Part shown: positions 1-12,068 of the stretch, in pieces
Layout: each line of letters starts with the position of its first letter
How positions within the stretch are numbered: position 1 is the stretch's first letter
Source: Deltaproteobacteria bacterium
GTDB lineage: Bacteria > Myxococcota_A > Polyangia > Fen-1088
NCBI GenBank assembly: GCA_033763315.1
Contig: JANRKS010000031.1
Location: 192,001-256,000, forward strand
Direction: 5' to 3'
Length of the DNA stretch: 64,000 nt
Translations under genes and position numbers: made by a program
Notes under the pieces: model-generated
Database searches by the model: none
Seen by the model: only the letters and a program-made list of their open reading frames with translations
What the model was told of the DNA's origin: nothing

Positions 1-2
1 TG

Positions 3-494
3 GTCGAACGTGCGGACGAATGGCTGCAGATCGAGGAGCGCGAAATTCGTTACGGTGCCATTGGTGCCGCCATCGAGGTGTTGGGCGATGCAAATGTTTT
101 GTCAGGCTGCACCGATCACCCTGCGCTGTTTGCGTTTTTATCCCGTGTGCTTGACGAAATGGCAGATGCGCCTCGGTCTGCAAGCCGTTCCACGTTGCGA
201 AGGCGTGTGATGACGGCTTTGCCGCGCACGCTTGCAGGTGTGATCACAACCTTTGACGGCGGCGACGAAGCGCCCATCTGGTTTCGCGGCGAATGTGCGC
301 GGGCCCAAGACGAAGACATGCGCCAGGTGCTGTCTGACACGATCGTGCGTTTGCGGCAAAGCCCCACGGGCCAGCGGGGCAGCGTGGCTGATGGGTTGCG
401 CGCTGAACTTGAAGCCAGTGCCAAACCCTTGCGCCACGCCGCGCGTGTGCGGCCCGGCACAAACCGCGGCAAACACACGCGCAAGATTCGCTAA
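3..494 (+). CDS. Hypothetical protein, 3' part (begins before the window)
   Basis: Frame of ORF 78..494 stays open back to position 3; converges on atpC. Confidence 0.6.
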   Translation, partial: VERADEWLQIEEREIRYGAIGAAIEVLGDANVLSGCTDHPALFAFLSRVLDEMADAPRSASRSTLRRRVMTALPRTLAGVITTFDGGDEAPIWFRGECARAQDEDMRQVLSDTIVRLRQSPTGQRGSVADGLRAELEASAKPLRHAARVRPGTNRGKHTRKIR

Positions 495-504
495 AACCCT
501 CGCG

Positions 505-936
505 CTAGTGGGCAGGACCGTTGTGGCCGCTCTTGGCCACAGCGTTGAGCCGGGCTTCCGCCCATGCGCGGCGAGCGACCAACGCTTGGTACTCGGCGCC
601 GAGATCGCCCTTCCAGTCGGTGAGCTTCTTGTCGGCGTCGAGCACTTCGGCCGCCGCGGCGTCGCGATCGATTGTGGTGGCGGCTTTGGCTTCTGCCACC
701 AACACCAACACCTTTTCGCCAGCGCTCGTCTGTGCCACTTCCAGCACGCCGTCGGACACCGCGATCACGCGCTCGCCCTCCTTCGTGCGGTAAGCCAACA
801 CACCCGGGCGCAGCGCCGAGAGAAACGGAATGTGGCCCGGCAAGATGCCGAACTCACCCAGCGATCCGGGCGCGCTCACTTCTTCAACGTCAGTGTCGAT
901 GAGTGAGCCGCGGGGTGTGGTGACCGATAAGCGCAT
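505..936 (-). CDS. atpC: ATP synthase F1 epsilon subunit
   Basis: 'GEFGILPGHIPFLSAL' motif; last gene after atpD. Confidence 0.95.
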   Translation of the reverse strand: MRLSVTTPRGSLIDTDVEEVSAPGSLGEFGILPGHIPFLSALRPGVLAYRTKEGERVIAVSDGVLEVAQTSAGEKVLVLVAEAKAATTIDRDAAAAEVLDADKKLTDWKGDLGAEYQALVARRAWAEARLNAVAKSGHNGPAH

Positions 937-963
937 AAGCGATGTCCTTGCCGCTGGCGAGGC

Positions 964-2442
<1,479 letters not shown>

Positions 2443-3315
2443 TTATCCCTTTAAAGCTTCAGCACCACCCACGATTTCCATCAGCTCTTTGGTGATGGCC
2501 GCTTGGCGTGCACGGTTGTATTGCAGGGTCAGCTGCGCGATGGCCGATTTCGCGTTCTTGGTGGCGCTTTCCATGGCGGTCATGCGCGCACCGAACTCTG
2601 AGGCCACCGATTCCAGCAGCGCGCGCAAGATGCGCGACTGCACGTAAAGAGGCAACATCGTGGCCAGCAGCTCTTCTTTCGAAGGCTCGTACACGAAGTC
2701 AGTGAGCGTTTCCTCCGAAGCCGCGGCGCCAATCTCGATTGGCAGCAATGGTTCGATGGCCACACGTTGCGAAGCGGCTGAGCGGAACTCGTTGTAGATG
2801 ATCCGCACGCCGTCGATGCGGCCGTTCAGAAAATCGTCCGACACAGCCAAGCCCAATTCTTGCGCGCGGCCCGGGGCTGTTTCGCCCGTAACGGAAGGGT
2901 ACGTGCCTGCCAACTCGAAGCCGCGGCGGCGGAAGAAATCGCGGCCTTTGCGGCCCACCACGTAAAGCTTGAATTCATCTGCCGTGCCAGCCGCTTTCTG
3001 CTCAGCCATGAAGCGGACGGTGGCGCGCGCGATGGTGGCGTTGAAGCCACCGCACAACCCGCGATCTGACGTGAGGATCACCAACGCCAAACGACGTTGT
3101 TCGCGTCGTTGCAGCATGGGGTGGGCGTCCAACCCGGCACGCAACGCCACCTGGGCCACAGCCTCGGCCAACGCGATGGCGTAGGGGCGGGCGGCGATGA
3201 TGTCGTCCTGCGCGCGACGCAGTTTGGCCGCGGCGACCAACTTCATTGCGCGCGTGATCTTCTGCGTCGATTTAACCGACGCTATCCGACGGCGGACGGC
3301 TTTGAGTGAGGGCAT
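2443..3315 (-). CDS. atpG: ATP synthase F1 gamma subunit
   Basis: 'KITRAMKLVAAAK', 'SDRGLCGGFN', 'YNRARQAAITKEL'. Confidence 0.98.
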   Translation of the reverse strand: MPSLKAVRRRIASVKSTQKITRAMKLVAAAKLRRAQDDIIAARPYAIALAEAVAQVALRAGLDAHPMLQRREQRRLALVILTSDRGLCGGFNATIARATVRFMAEQKAAGTADEFKLYVVGRKGRDFFRRRGFELAGTYPSVTGETAPGRAQELGLAVSDDFLNGRIDGVRIIYNEFRSAASQRVAIEPLLPIEIGAAASEETLTDFVYEPSKEELLATMLPLYVQSRILRALLESVASEFGARMTAMESATKNAKSAIAQLTLQYNRARQAAITKELMEIVGGAEALKG

Positions 3316-3320
3316 GGGTG

Positions 3321-4850
3321 TTAGGCCTTCAGATCAGCGGCAAACTGCTTGGCGAACTCGCCCAACACCTTGCGCATTTCGGTCACGAGTTCGTCGTACT
3401 GCTTGCCCTTGTTGCCCTTTTCGCGCAACGCGGTCCACAGCTCGGGGTGCTTGGAGTCCACGAACGAATACAATTCGGATTCGTAGCGGCGCACGGCCGA
3501 TACAGGCACGTTGTCGACGAAGCCGTTGGTGGCGGCAAACAGGATGAACACCTGCTTCTCCACGCTCAGCGGTTCGTATTGACCTTGCTTCAGAAGCTCG
3601 GTCAAGCGTGCGCCGCGGGCCAGCTGGTTCTGCGTCGCTTTGTCGAGGTCGGAGCCGAACTGCGAGAACGCCGCGAGCTCGCGGTATTGCGCCAACTCCA
3701 AACGCAGCTTGCCAGCCACCTTCTTCATCGCCGCGATTTGCGCCGCACCACCCACGCGCGACACCGAGATGCCGACGTTCAAAGCGGGGCGTTGGCCCGA
3801 GAAGAACAGATCGCTTTCGAGGTAGATCTGGCCATCGGTGATCGAGATGACGTTCGTGGGAATGTAAGCCGACACGTCGCCGGCCTGCGTTTCGATGATC
3901 GGCAGCGCGGTCAATGAGCCGGCGCCCAATTCGTCAGAGACTTTGCATGCGCGCTCAAGCAAACGGCTGTGCAAATAGAACACGTCGCCAGGGTAAGCTT
4001 CGCGGCCGGGTGGGCGGCGCAACAGCAAGGAAAGCTGGCGGTAAGCCACGGCCTGCTTTGACAAATCGTCGTAAACAATCAGCGCGTGGCGGCCGCTGTC
4101 GCGGTAGTACTCGGCCATCGCGACGCCCGTGTAAGGCGCCAAGAATTGCAGCGGGGCTGATTCAGAAGCCGTGGCCGCGATGATGGTGGTGAACGCCATC
4201 GCGCCATGCTCGCGCAACTTCTCAACCACCGAGGCAACGGTCGACTGCTTCTGGCCGATCGCCACGTAGAAGCAGTGAACGCCCTGGCCTTTTTGGTTGA
4301 TGATGGTGTCGATCGCCACCGCGGTCTTGCCGGTTTGGCGGTCGCCGATGATGAGCTCGCGTTGGCCACGGCCGATCGGGATCATCGCGTCGATGGCCTT
4401 GAGGCCCGTTTGCATTGGTTCATGCACGGGCTTACGCGCGATAACGCCTGGTGCCTTAAGTTCGATCTTACGGAACTCTTTGGTGTCGAGCGGTCCCTTG
4501 CCGTCGATCGGCTCGCCGAGCGCGTTCACCACGCGGCCCATAAGGGCGTCGCCCACGGGAACCTGCGCGATCTTGCCTGTGCGCTTGACCGTGGCGCCTT
4601 CTTTGATCTTTTGGAACTCGCCCAAAAGCGCGCAACCGACGTTGTCTTCTTCGAGGTTCAGCACCAAGCCGACCACGTCGTGGCCGAAGTCGAGCAATTC
4701 GCCCGCCATCGCGTTTTCCAAGCCGTAAACGCGTGCGATACCGTCGCCGGTCTCAAGCACCGTGCCTGTTTCCGTGACCTCCACTTTTTGATCGAAGTTT
4801 TCGATCTCTTTGCGGATGATTTGGCTGATTTCTTCGGCGCGAATCTGCAT
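3321..4850 (-). CDS. atpA: ATP synthase F1 alpha subunit
   Basis: GDRQTGKT; '[23 protein letters not shown]'. Confidence 0.99.
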   Translation of the reverse strand: MQIRAEEISQIIRKEIENFDQKVEVTETGTVLETGDGIARVYGLENAMAGELLDFGHDVVGLVLNLEEDNVGCALLGEFQKIKEGATVKRTGKIAQVPVGDALMGRVVNALGEPIDGKGPLDTKEFRKIELKAPGVIARKPVHEPMQTGLKAIDAMIPIGRGQRELIIGDRQTGKTAVAIDTIINQKGQGVHCFYVAIGQKQSTVASVVEKLREHGAMAFTTIIAATASESAPLQFLAPYTGVAMAEYYRDSGRHALIVYDDLSKQAVAYRQLSLLLRRPPGREAYPGDVFYLHSRLLERACKVSDELGAGSLTALPIIETQAGDVSAYIPTNVISITDGQIYLESDLFFSGQRPALNVGISVSRVGGAAQIAAMKKVAGKLRLELAQYRELAAFSQFGSDLDKATQNQLARGARLTELLKQGQYEPLSVEKQVFILFAATNGFVDNVPVSAVRRYESELYSFVDSKHPELWTALREKGNKGKQYDELVTEMRKVLGEFAKQFAADLKA

Positions 4851-4860
4851 CGGAGCGTTC

Positions 4861-5406
4861 CTAGTTCAAGAGTTTGCGAGATAGGTTTTGCAGGCGGCTG
4901 CGCAAGCTGCCATCCAGGACCAGGTCACCTACTTGGGCAACGATGCCGCCCAGAAGTTCGGGATCCACTTTGGCTTCAAGAATCACTTGTTTGCCTGTGC
5001 GTTTAGCAAGCGCCTGGCGAATGTCTTCAAAAGCTGCGCCATCAAGCGGTGTGGCTGAAGTGACCGTGCCGCGCACGCGGCCCAGCCGTTCGTCGGTGAG
5101 ACGCTGATAATCGCCGGCGATGCGCGTGAGCTCCGTGAGGCGACCGCGATCGAGCAACAGCAGCACAAACCGCTGCACCTCGGCGCTGGCGCCCACGCGC
5201 GGCAACAACGACTCTAAGATGGAACGCTTCTGCGATTCTTTGACCACCGGGTTGGTGAGCGCCTGGCGCAGCTCGGACGAACTGTTGACCAGCTTGGCGA
5301 TTTCACCCAGCTCGTTGCCGTAGGCCTCAAAGCGGCCGTTGTCGCTGCCCATTTGAAACAGCGCGCGAGCGTAGCGACGCGAAACCGATCCTGAAAGCGA
5401 GGCCAT
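4861..5406 (-). CDS. atpH: ATP synthase F1 delta subunit
   Basis: 'RRYARALF', 'VDPELLGG...DGSLRSRL'; position upstream of atpA. Confidence 0.95.
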   Translation of the reverse strand: MASLSGSVSRRYARALFQMGSDNGRFEAYGNELGEIAKLVNSSSELRQALTNPVVKESQKRSILESLLPRVGASAEVQRFVLLLLDRGRLTELTRIAGDYQRLTDERLGRVRGTVTSATPLDGAAFEDIRQALAKRTGKQVILEAKVDPELLGGIVAQVGDLVLDGSLRSRLQNLSRKLLN

Positions 5407-6041
5407 TATGCGTTCCTTTGCGCGGGGGCCGCGATGTCAGTGACAAAGCTCGACACCAATCGTTGTTGGTCGGACGTGTTGACCGAGCGCCGAACGATTT
5501 CTTCGGCGATGCGAGCGGCCGCGTTGGCGACTTCGGCTTTGAAGTTTTGCTCGGCCTGTTTGACTTGCTGATCCAGCAAGAAGCGCGTCTCCTCTTCGAT
5601 GCGCTGGGCCCGGGCTTCGGCCACCTCGATCAACCGGCGCTTTTCGGCTTCCGCGGAATCCTTCATGGATTGGCGAAGATCGGTAAGTTCTTGTTGCAGG
5701 TTCGCGAGGCGTGCCTCTTGCGTTTTAAGCCGCGTCTCGGCCTCGGCGCGCAGACGTTGCGCCTCATCGAGATCCGCCTTCATTTTGTCGTGGCGGCTCC
5801 GCAGCGACTTATTGATGGCGCTGCCTCCGAACTTGATCAAGATAAACAGAAGCACCCCGAAATTGAACAGCTGCAAGGCCAGCGCTTTGCCATCGATGCT
5901 GGGGGTGCCATGGCCGCCATGTTCACCGTGAGTGGCGTGCTCTTGCGCCCAAGCCAAAGCGGGCAGCGCGGCCACACAAGCGATGGTCACGGCGCCAGCG
6001 ATTCGGGCAGCCCAGTTTGTTGGCGTGGTGTTCTTCGTCAT
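5406..6041 (-). CDS. atpF: ATP synthase F0 subunit b
   Basis: N-terminal extension, TM segment 'QLFNFGVLLFIL', long coiled coil; 1-nt overlap with atpH. Confidence 0.9.
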   Translation of the reverse strand: MTKNTTPTNWAARIAGAVTIACVAALPALAWAQEHATHGEHGGHGTPSIDGKALALQLFNFGVLLFILIKFGGSAINKSLRSRHDKMKADLDEAQRLRAEAETRLKTQEARLANLQQELTDLRQSMKDSAEAEKRRLIEVAEARAQRIEEETRFLLDQQVKQAEQNFKAEVANAAARIAEEIVRRSVNTSDQQRLVSSFVTDIAAPAQRNA

Positions 6042-6589
6042 TAAGATACGCTCCGTCCCAGAACCTTGCTTGCGGCTTCGCGGCCCAAGCTTTCGGCACG
6101 CTGGTTGAGGTTGGCTTTCTGAGCCGCCAACGCCGCATCCAATTTCGCCTTGGCTTCCGTCAGGACGGCCCTGGCTTTGGCGTGCGCTTCGGCCAACACC
6201 GTTTGCTCGCGCGCTTGCGCTTCACTGCGCGCCACCGCCAACGAGCCCGCGCCTTCGCGACGAGCGGCGGCCAACTCTTTTTCAACTTTGTCGAATTGCG
6301 CTTGAGCGTTCAAAGCCATCTTTTCAGCTTCGGCGCGGTAACCATCCACGCGGGTGCTGCGTTCGGCTTTGATCTTTAGGTAAGGCTTCCACAGCAGCGG
6401 CGTGAGTACGGCCAACATCACGAGGAATAGGCCCAACATCACGAACACAGTGCCGTCGACGTCAAGCAGTTGTGACTCAGCCGCTTGTGGCGCCGCAACA
6501 CCAAGGGCCACCGTTTGCGTGGCATCGAGCAGGGATGTGAGAAATGCTGGTGTCATGGCTTGAGGGGCCTCGCGTACCAAATCCGCCAT
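6041..6589 (-). CDS. ATP synthase F0 subunit b' (start uncertain)
   Basis: 'DVDGTVFVMLGLF...LLWKPYL' TM segment plus coiled coil, tandem with atpF. Confidence 0.85.
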   Translation of the reverse strand: MADLVREAPQAMTPAFLTSLLDATQTVALGVAAPQAAESQLLDVDGTVFVMLGLFLVMLAVLTPLLWKPYLKIKAERSTRVDGYRAEAEKMALNAQAQFDKVEKELAAARREGAGSLAVARSEAQAREQTVLAEAHAKARAVLTEAKAKLDAALAAQKANLNQRAESLGREAASKVLGRSVS

Positions 6590-6811
6590 GCGGCGTCAAG
6601 GATGCCCGCAGGGACCGGGGGAGGGGGAGGCGGGCGTAAAGTCGCACATGCAGGCGGCCTCCGCCAGCCGTTTTCACGACCCCGTTCACATTCGTCGCGC
6701 GCGTGGTTTCACATGCCCGAAATCGGGCCTTTGCGATCGCGTCATTTGTGCGCATCCTCTAGGCAGCGGGCCGCTGTGGCCGTATGGTCGCCTCACGGGA
6801 TCCGAAGAAAA

Positions 6812-7762
6812 ATGCGAAACAACAACGACTTGTTTGCGTGGGCCGCACGTTCGGTTGGGGCATGCACGTTTGTGGCGGCCTTGATCATGGGGCCCGCCGT
6901 CGCCTCGGCACGCGACGACATCAACAGCTATTCGATTGAGAAGGCGATATCCACCTGGGGCGCCCGCGCAGGCCTGCCGCCCATGCCGATGTACTTCGGC
7001 GACACGGCGGGCCCCACGGGTGCCGTAGACCTTGGGGAGCTGCGCACCAGCAACAAGACGAGCGCGATCGGCAAGTCAGATGAAGAGGCATGCCAATGGG
7101 TGTTCTTAACGTCGCTTAAGTCTCTTCAGAACGCCGCACGCAAGCGCGGGGCCACCGCGTTGGTGAACATCCGCTCGAACTACAAGAACAATGAGTTCAA
7201 GAGCGCGACGGAATTTCAATGTGGTGCAGGGAACATTATTGCGGGAGTCGCGCTGAAGGCGCAGGCCGTAAGAGTGGATGCCGCAGGTGCTGCGTTGGCG
7301 GCAACGCCCGCCGCTGCCCCTGTGCCTGCACCCGCACCTGCCGTTGCTCCAGCACCGGTCGCTGCCACCGCACCCACGCCCCCGCCACCCGCCGGAACAG
7401 AGAAGCCCGACGGCATCGGCACCCTCGCGTCTCCGGCCGCCGGTTCGGAGACTGACGATTTGGCCAAAGCGCGGCGGCGTTTCGAGAAAGGCCAACGCCT
7501 TTACGATTTGCGTCGCTACATGGAGTCGATCCCCGAATTTGAAGCCGCCTACGAACTGTCAGGCGATCCCGTGTTGCTTTACAACTTGGCCCAGTCATAC
7601 CGCATGGCCGAAAAATATCCCGACGCGCTTCATTACTACCGCGCGTATTTGAAGAAGGTGCCGAAGTCCCCGCGTACGGATGTGGTGAAGCGGCGCATCG
7701 CTGAGCTTGAGGCCACGCGCGAGCCACCCAACAATGTCGACGATCCCCACCCGCGCAAATAA
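6812..7762 (+). CDS. Exported protein: small Cys-containing YbjQ/RcsF-like domain, Pro/Ala linker, TPR domain
   Basis: ATG at 6812 followed by a signal peptide; 'KSDEEACQW...NIRSNYK...FQCGAG'; C-terminal TPR-like helices ('LLYNLAQSYR...ALHYYRAYL'). Confidence 0.7.
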   Translation: MRNNNDLFAWAARSVGACTFVAALIMGPAVASARDDINSYSIEKAISTWGARAGLPPMPMYFGDTAGPTGAVDLGELRTSNKTSAIGKSDEEACQWVFLTSLKSLQNAARKRGATALVNIRSNYKNNEFKSATEFQCGAGNIIAGVALKAQAVRVDAAGAALAATPAAAPVPAPAPAVAPAPVAATAPTPPPPAGTEKPDGIGTLASPAAGSETDDLAKARRRFEKGQRLYDLRRYMESIPEFEAAYELSGDPVLLYNLAQSYRMAEKYPDALHYYRAYLKKVPKSPRTDVVKRRIAELEATREPPNNVDDPHPRK

Positions 7763-7777
7763 GCTGCGCCCAAGTTC

Positions 7778-9325
7778 TTAAGCGCCCTTCATCCGTTCGA
7801 TCAGATTGCGCGTGATTTGCTGAACCCGTTTGTCGGGACCAAAGCGCGTCTCGTATTCTTTGGGACGCGTGTGACCGGGTGGTTCAGCCAAACCGTCGGA
7901 CCACCAACACGTGGCAGCGTTGAACACGATGTTGCCATGCGGGCCCGGATAAACGGTGGCGGCGTATTCGCTGGGACCCGCGGGACCTTGCGTAGGCCCA
8001 CCTGCCACCACTTCAAGACCGGGAATGTCGGTGGCCGGATCGCCATGAAACTCCCACCCGACGAGGCCAGGCACGCCATCGCCTTCTTTCATGCCGGTGC
8101 CAGCAAACAACCAGTGGTTCGGTTTGCGACACGTCCAAGCGGCGCCCCCCATGATTGGCCCCGTGCTACGTGCGCCCACCAGTGACGCTTCATTGGGCGC
8201 CGTGCGCGGCAGCGTGCTCATCTTTACGAACACTGAATCGCCTTTGTCATCACGCGGCCCATAGCGATCAATGCGGCTGAATGTGCGGTTGGGGCGCCCA
8301 TCGCTGGCGGGCCCCACATCTATCAAACCACAACACGTGTTGCCCGAAAGGAAGGCCACGGACAGGCCCTGCGCAATTGCGGACTTGAGCCCATAGAACA
8401 TAGGCAACGAGTAATACTCGTCGTGCCCCATCGATATAAGGCCCTTGCCACGCAACAACGAGGGGGCGTTTTCATGCACGTCCAGGTTGCTGATGTAGCT
8501 AACGTCGAAGCCCTGCGATTCAAGCCAAAACACGGTGGGAAACTCCCACAACAAGAATTCACCCGAACCCTGTGATTGTGGGGGCAACCCGAATTGGCAA
8601 TACCGTCCATAAGGACGATCGAAAGTCACGCGCGAACCAGCACCCCAAAACCATGGATCGTGGCCGTCGTCATACAGCGAGTGTTGCTGTGGCCAACGGT
8701 TATAGGCCTGCCACGTGGTGTCCGATACCTGCACCAAACAATCCACTTTGCGTTGGTCGCGGACCACAAACGTAATGAAGCTGTCGCAGCCGGATGAAGC
8801 GCGGAGCTTCGCCAAGTAGACGCCGCTGCACCAATCCTTGGGAATTGTGAACTTCGTGCTGCTCTCCCAACGGCATTCGCGCACACGGCCTGGGCCCTCG
8901 CTTGGATCCTCCTGCACACGCCCGGTGAAGGGCCCAAGTTTTTGCACCAACCGCGCGCCGGCGCCGCCGTAGTAACCCATGCGAAAGATGTCGATCTCAA
9001 ATGTGGCGACCGGATTCGTGCTCACGAACAGCTGCACTTCATCACCCGCCGCGGCGGACGTTACTGAAGCATAGCCTTCAATGCCGGGGCTGCGGTACTT
9101 GGTGGCCGCGTCCAAAGCGGGGTTGGTGAGCAGCCAGTCGCGTGTGCCCGGTCGCGTGTTTTCGTGAGCAACGACGCCCGACTGTGCGGCGGCGAAACCA
9201 GCTGGACGCTGCGGCGACGCACAAGCGGGAAGCACACCCGGCAACAGCGCCGCGGCACCCAGCTTGAACATCGCAGCCATCGCGTCTCGACGATCGGGTT
9301 GCATCTCGTCTGTGGGTGAAGCCAT
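7778..9325 (-). CDS. N,N-dimethylformamidase beta-subunit-like (DUF6605-type) protein with probable Tat signal
   Basis: 'ENTRPGT', 'IFRMGYYGG', 'TWQAYN', 'VTFDRPY', 'GHDEYYS'; N-terminal DRRD plus hydrophobic stretch and Cys. Confidence 0.75.
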   Translation of the reverse strand: MASPTDEMQPDRRDAMAAMFKLGAAALLPGVLPACASPQRPAGFAAAQSGVVAHENTRPGTRDWLLTNPALDAATKYRSPGIEGYASVTSAAAGDEVQLFVSTNPVATFEIDIFRMGYYGGAGARLVQKLGPFTGRVQEDPSEGPGRVRECRWESSTKFTIPKDWCSGVYLAKLRASSGCDSFITFVVRDQRKVDCLVQVSDTTWQAYNRWPQQHSLYDDGHDPWFWGAGSRVTFDRPYGRYCQFGLPPQSQGSGEFLLWEFPTVFWLESQGFDVSYISNLDVHENAPSLLRGKGLISMGHDEYYSLPMFYGLKSAIAQGLSVAFLSGNTCCGLIDVGPASDGRPNRTFSRIDRYGPRDDKGDSVFVKMSTLPRTAPNEASLVGARSTGPIMGGAAWTCRKPNHWLFAGTGMKEGDGVPGLVGWEFHGDPATDIPGLEVVAGGPTQGPAGPSEYAATVYPGPHGNIVFNAATCWWSDGLAEPPGHTRPKEYETRFGPDKRVQQITRNLIERMKGA

Positions 9326-9414
9326 GCCGGCAGTATCCGACAAACGCTGCGGCAAAAGCGAGCGTCGCCCCAGTGAACGCCGCGCCTCACGTGCGCTGGA
9401 TCGCTTTGCAACGG

Positions 9415-10257
9415 TCAAAAGGAACCATGCACGCCAACGACGGCGCCGTCACGATCGGCAGGCATGAGCGTTGGTTGCCATGTGATCGCTGCTTGCCGCT
9501 CGGAGGGCCTGGCGGTGGTGCGTGGGTGCAACCAGTGTGGCAGCGCGCTGCCTAGGCCTGCCCCGACCGCGCCGCCCACCAGCACATCGGTGGTGTAATG
9601 GGCGTCGGCGCCAACGCGCGCGTAGGCCGTAAGAGCAGCGATCGCCAAGCCACCGGCCCACACCCATTTCGCGTGCCGGTAGCCACGCAGCGAAGCCACG
9701 CTGCCGGCGGCGCTTGCAAAGGCAAACGTGAACGCGCTGTGGCCCGAGAAAAACGAGAGGTTCTGTTCGGATGACGAAACGTGGCTGGCAAAATCGCTTT
9801 CGTAATGAATGGCAGGTCGTTGCCGCGCCACCAGCACTTTCACAACGTTCGCGAACGTCATCGTGACGCTCACGCTTTGCAAAACATAAAGGCTGTTGTG
9901 CAGATAATCGGCGCCTTCATGATCCACAGCCGCGGCCAACGCCAACGCCCCAAAGCCATTGACGGTGGCCATCAACAATCCCACGTCGCTTAGCTTGGCC
10001 GCTGTGGTTGAGTGATCCCATTTAAGTCCACCACGAACCCACGCGTCGAATCCGTTGGCGCTACACCAACGACAGTCCTCGGGCGACAAAGGCTTTTTGA
10101 ATGCCGTTTCAGCCAACACCCACGCGGTGGTGAATCCTGCCGTTGTGACGATGTCGCGCGTGTCGTTGCCAGCCAGGCCGTAGGTGGCGGCGCCCTGCGC
10201 GTGCGCTGCCGTTGCCATCAGCACGCAGGCAAAAACGGTGGTGGACTTAACCCACAT
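9415..10257 (-). CDS. PAP2-family phosphatase
   Basis: KxxxxRxRP, SFFSGHS and RxxxxxHYxxDV motifs; signal peptide. Confidence 0.9.
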   Translation of the reverse strand: MWVKSTTVFACVLMATAAHAQGAATYGLAGNDTRDIVTTAGFTTAWVLAETAFKKPLSPEDCRWCSANGFDAWVRGGLKWDHSTTAAKLSDVGLLMATVNGFGALALAAAVDHEGADYLHNSLYVLQSVSVTMTFANVVKVLVARQRPAIHYESDFASHVSSSEQNLSFFSGHSAFTFAFASAAGSVASLRGYRHAKWVWAGGLAIAALTAYARVGADAHYTTDVLVGGAVGAGLGSALPHWLHPRTTARPSERQAAITWQPTLMPADRDGAVVGVHGSF

Positions 10258-10483
10258 AATTTATGGCCAACGCAGCGATCAGAAGCGCGGCAGCGATGGC
10301 CAACCTCCGGGCCCAAGGATCAGAGGCCATCGCTTGGCGCAACCGCTGGGCATCGGCTTCGAGCTCATGCGAAGGCTCTGCGGGCATCGACGCAACCGCC
10401 TTTGCGATCTCTCGTTTCGCGGCGGCGAAGTTACCGGCTTGGAAATACATCAATGCCGCTTGCAGTGCAGGGTGGTCCGTCAT
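10247..10483 (-). CDS. Small hypothetical membrane protein
   Basis: 78 aa, C-terminal TM helix, tightly packed between biotin carboxylase and PAP2 genes. Confidence 0.55.
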   Translation of the reverse strand: MTDHPALQAALMYFQAGNFAAAKREIAKAVASMPAEPSHELEADAQRLRQAMASDPWARRLAIAAALLIAALAINYVG

Positions 10484-10490
10484 GATTCAC

Positions 10491-12011
10491 CTAGCTTTTA
10501 AGTTTTTCTTGGCGCCAAGGTGATATGCCTTCCGTCGTGGCCGCGGCGGCCGTCGGCTCCACGGCTGCGCTCGCGGCGTGGGCGGCCGCGGCGATCGCCG
10601 CTTGTTGCACCTGCGCGTCGGTGGGCGGCGGCGGTGTCAGCTCAGCTTTGTGTTTATCAATGAAGCCCGTGTCGTAGTGGCCATTGATGAAGGCTGCGTT
10701 CTGCATCACCAGCCGGTGAAAGGCGAGGTTCGTTTTGATGCCCCCCACATGGTACTCATCCAAGGCGCGGCGCATGCGCTCGATGGCTTCCGTGCGGGTG
10801 CTGCCCCATGTACACAGCTTTGAGATCATGGGATCGTAATACACGCTGATCACGCTGCCGGCTATTACGCCCGAATCATCTCGCACACCCGGTCCTGACG
10901 GCACCGTGAGGCTTGTGATGGTGCCAGGCGAAGGCAGAAACTTCACCGCGTCTTCCGCATAAACGCGGCATTCAATAGCGGCGCCGTGGCGTGGGATTTG
11001 CTCTTGCGACAGCGGCAAGGGCAGCCCGCGGGCCACATCAATTTGCCAACGCACCAGATCTTGCCCCGTCACCAATTCGGTGACCGGATGCTCAACCTGC
11101 AGACGCGTGTTCATCTCCAAAAAATAGAAGTGACCGCTGTCAGCATCGAACAACATCTCGATCGTACCGGCGCCCACATAGTTCACCGATTTAGCCGCGG
11201 CCACAGCCACCGCGCCCATCTTCTGTCGGATGTCTTCGGTCACGGCAGGCGAGGGCGATTCTTCGATGACTTTTTGATTGCGCCGCTGCACGGAACAATC
11301 GCGTTCGTAAAGATGAACCACGTTGCCATGCTGATCGCCGAAGACTTGAATCTCGATGTGGCGGGCACGCACGATCGCTTTTTCCAGATAGACCGCGTCG
11401 TCACCGAAGGCAGCCTTGGCCTCGCGTTGGGCGGCGGCCAACGCGGCTTCAAGCTTTTCTTCGTCAAACACCAAGCGCATGCCACGCCCGCCACCACCCG
11501 CGGCCGCCTTCAACATCACGGGGTACCCAATGCGTGCCGCGGCCTCCTTTGCCTGCGCCGGGGTTTCGAAGCCGCGGCCGTGCGGTCCGTTGTCGCCGGG
11601 CACCACAGGCACGCCTGCCGCTTGCATCACCATGCGCGCCGACGTTTTGCCGCCCATCGCGCGAATCGCATGCGGCGAGGGCCCGATGAATGTGATGCCC
11701 GCGGCCGCGCACGCTTCGGCGAAATCTGCGTTCTCAGATAAAAAGCCGTAGCCAGGATGGATGGCGTCGGCGCCCGTTTGTTTGGCGGCGTCGATGATCT
11801 TATCCGCGCGCAGATAGCTGTCTCGCGCAGGCGCCGGGCCAATCGGCACGGCCTCATCGGCCTGCGAAACGAACACCGCCTTCGCGTCGGCTTCGGAATA
11901 AACCGCCACCGTGGCGATGCCCATGTCGCGGCAAGCGCGCATCACCCGGCAGGCGATCTCCCCACGGTTGGCAATGAGTATCTTTTTGATCGAGGGCGTG
12001 GCTATTGGCAA
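10491..12011 (-). CDS. accC: Acyl-CoA carboxylase biotin carboxylase subunit (no biotinyl domain)
   Basis: 'ILIANRGEIA', 'HPGYGFLSEN', 'EMNTRLQVEHPVTE'; probable TTG start at 12011. Confidence 0.92.
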   Translation of the reverse strand: MPIATPSIKKILIANRGEIACRVMRACRDMGIATVAVYSEADAKAVFVSQADEAVPIGPAPARDSYLRADKIIDAAKQTGADAIHPGYGFLSENADFAEACAAAGITFIGPSPHAIRAMGGKTSARMVMQAAGVPVVPGDNGPHGRGFETPAQAKEAAARIGYPVMLKAAAGGGGRGMRLVFDEEKLEAALAAAQREAKAAFGDDAVYLEKAIVRARHIEIQVFGDQHGNVVHLYERDCSVQRRNQKVIEESPSPAVTEDIRQKMGAVAVAAAKSVNYVGAGTIEMLFDADSGHFYFLEMNTRLQVEHPVTELVTGQDLVRWQIDVARGLPLPLSQEQIPRHGAAIECRVYAEDAVKFLPSPGTITSLTVPSGPGVRDDSGVIAGSVISVYYDPMISKLCTWGSTRTEAIERMRRALDEYHVGGIKTNLAFHRLVMQNAAFINGHYDTGFIDKHKAELTPPPPTDAQVQQAAIAAAAHAASAAVEPTAAAATTEGISPWRQEKLKS

Positions 12012-12068
12012 AGCCCCTATAGTTTCGTGCAAACCGCGCCACAAAACAACGTCGTCTTCACGACGACG

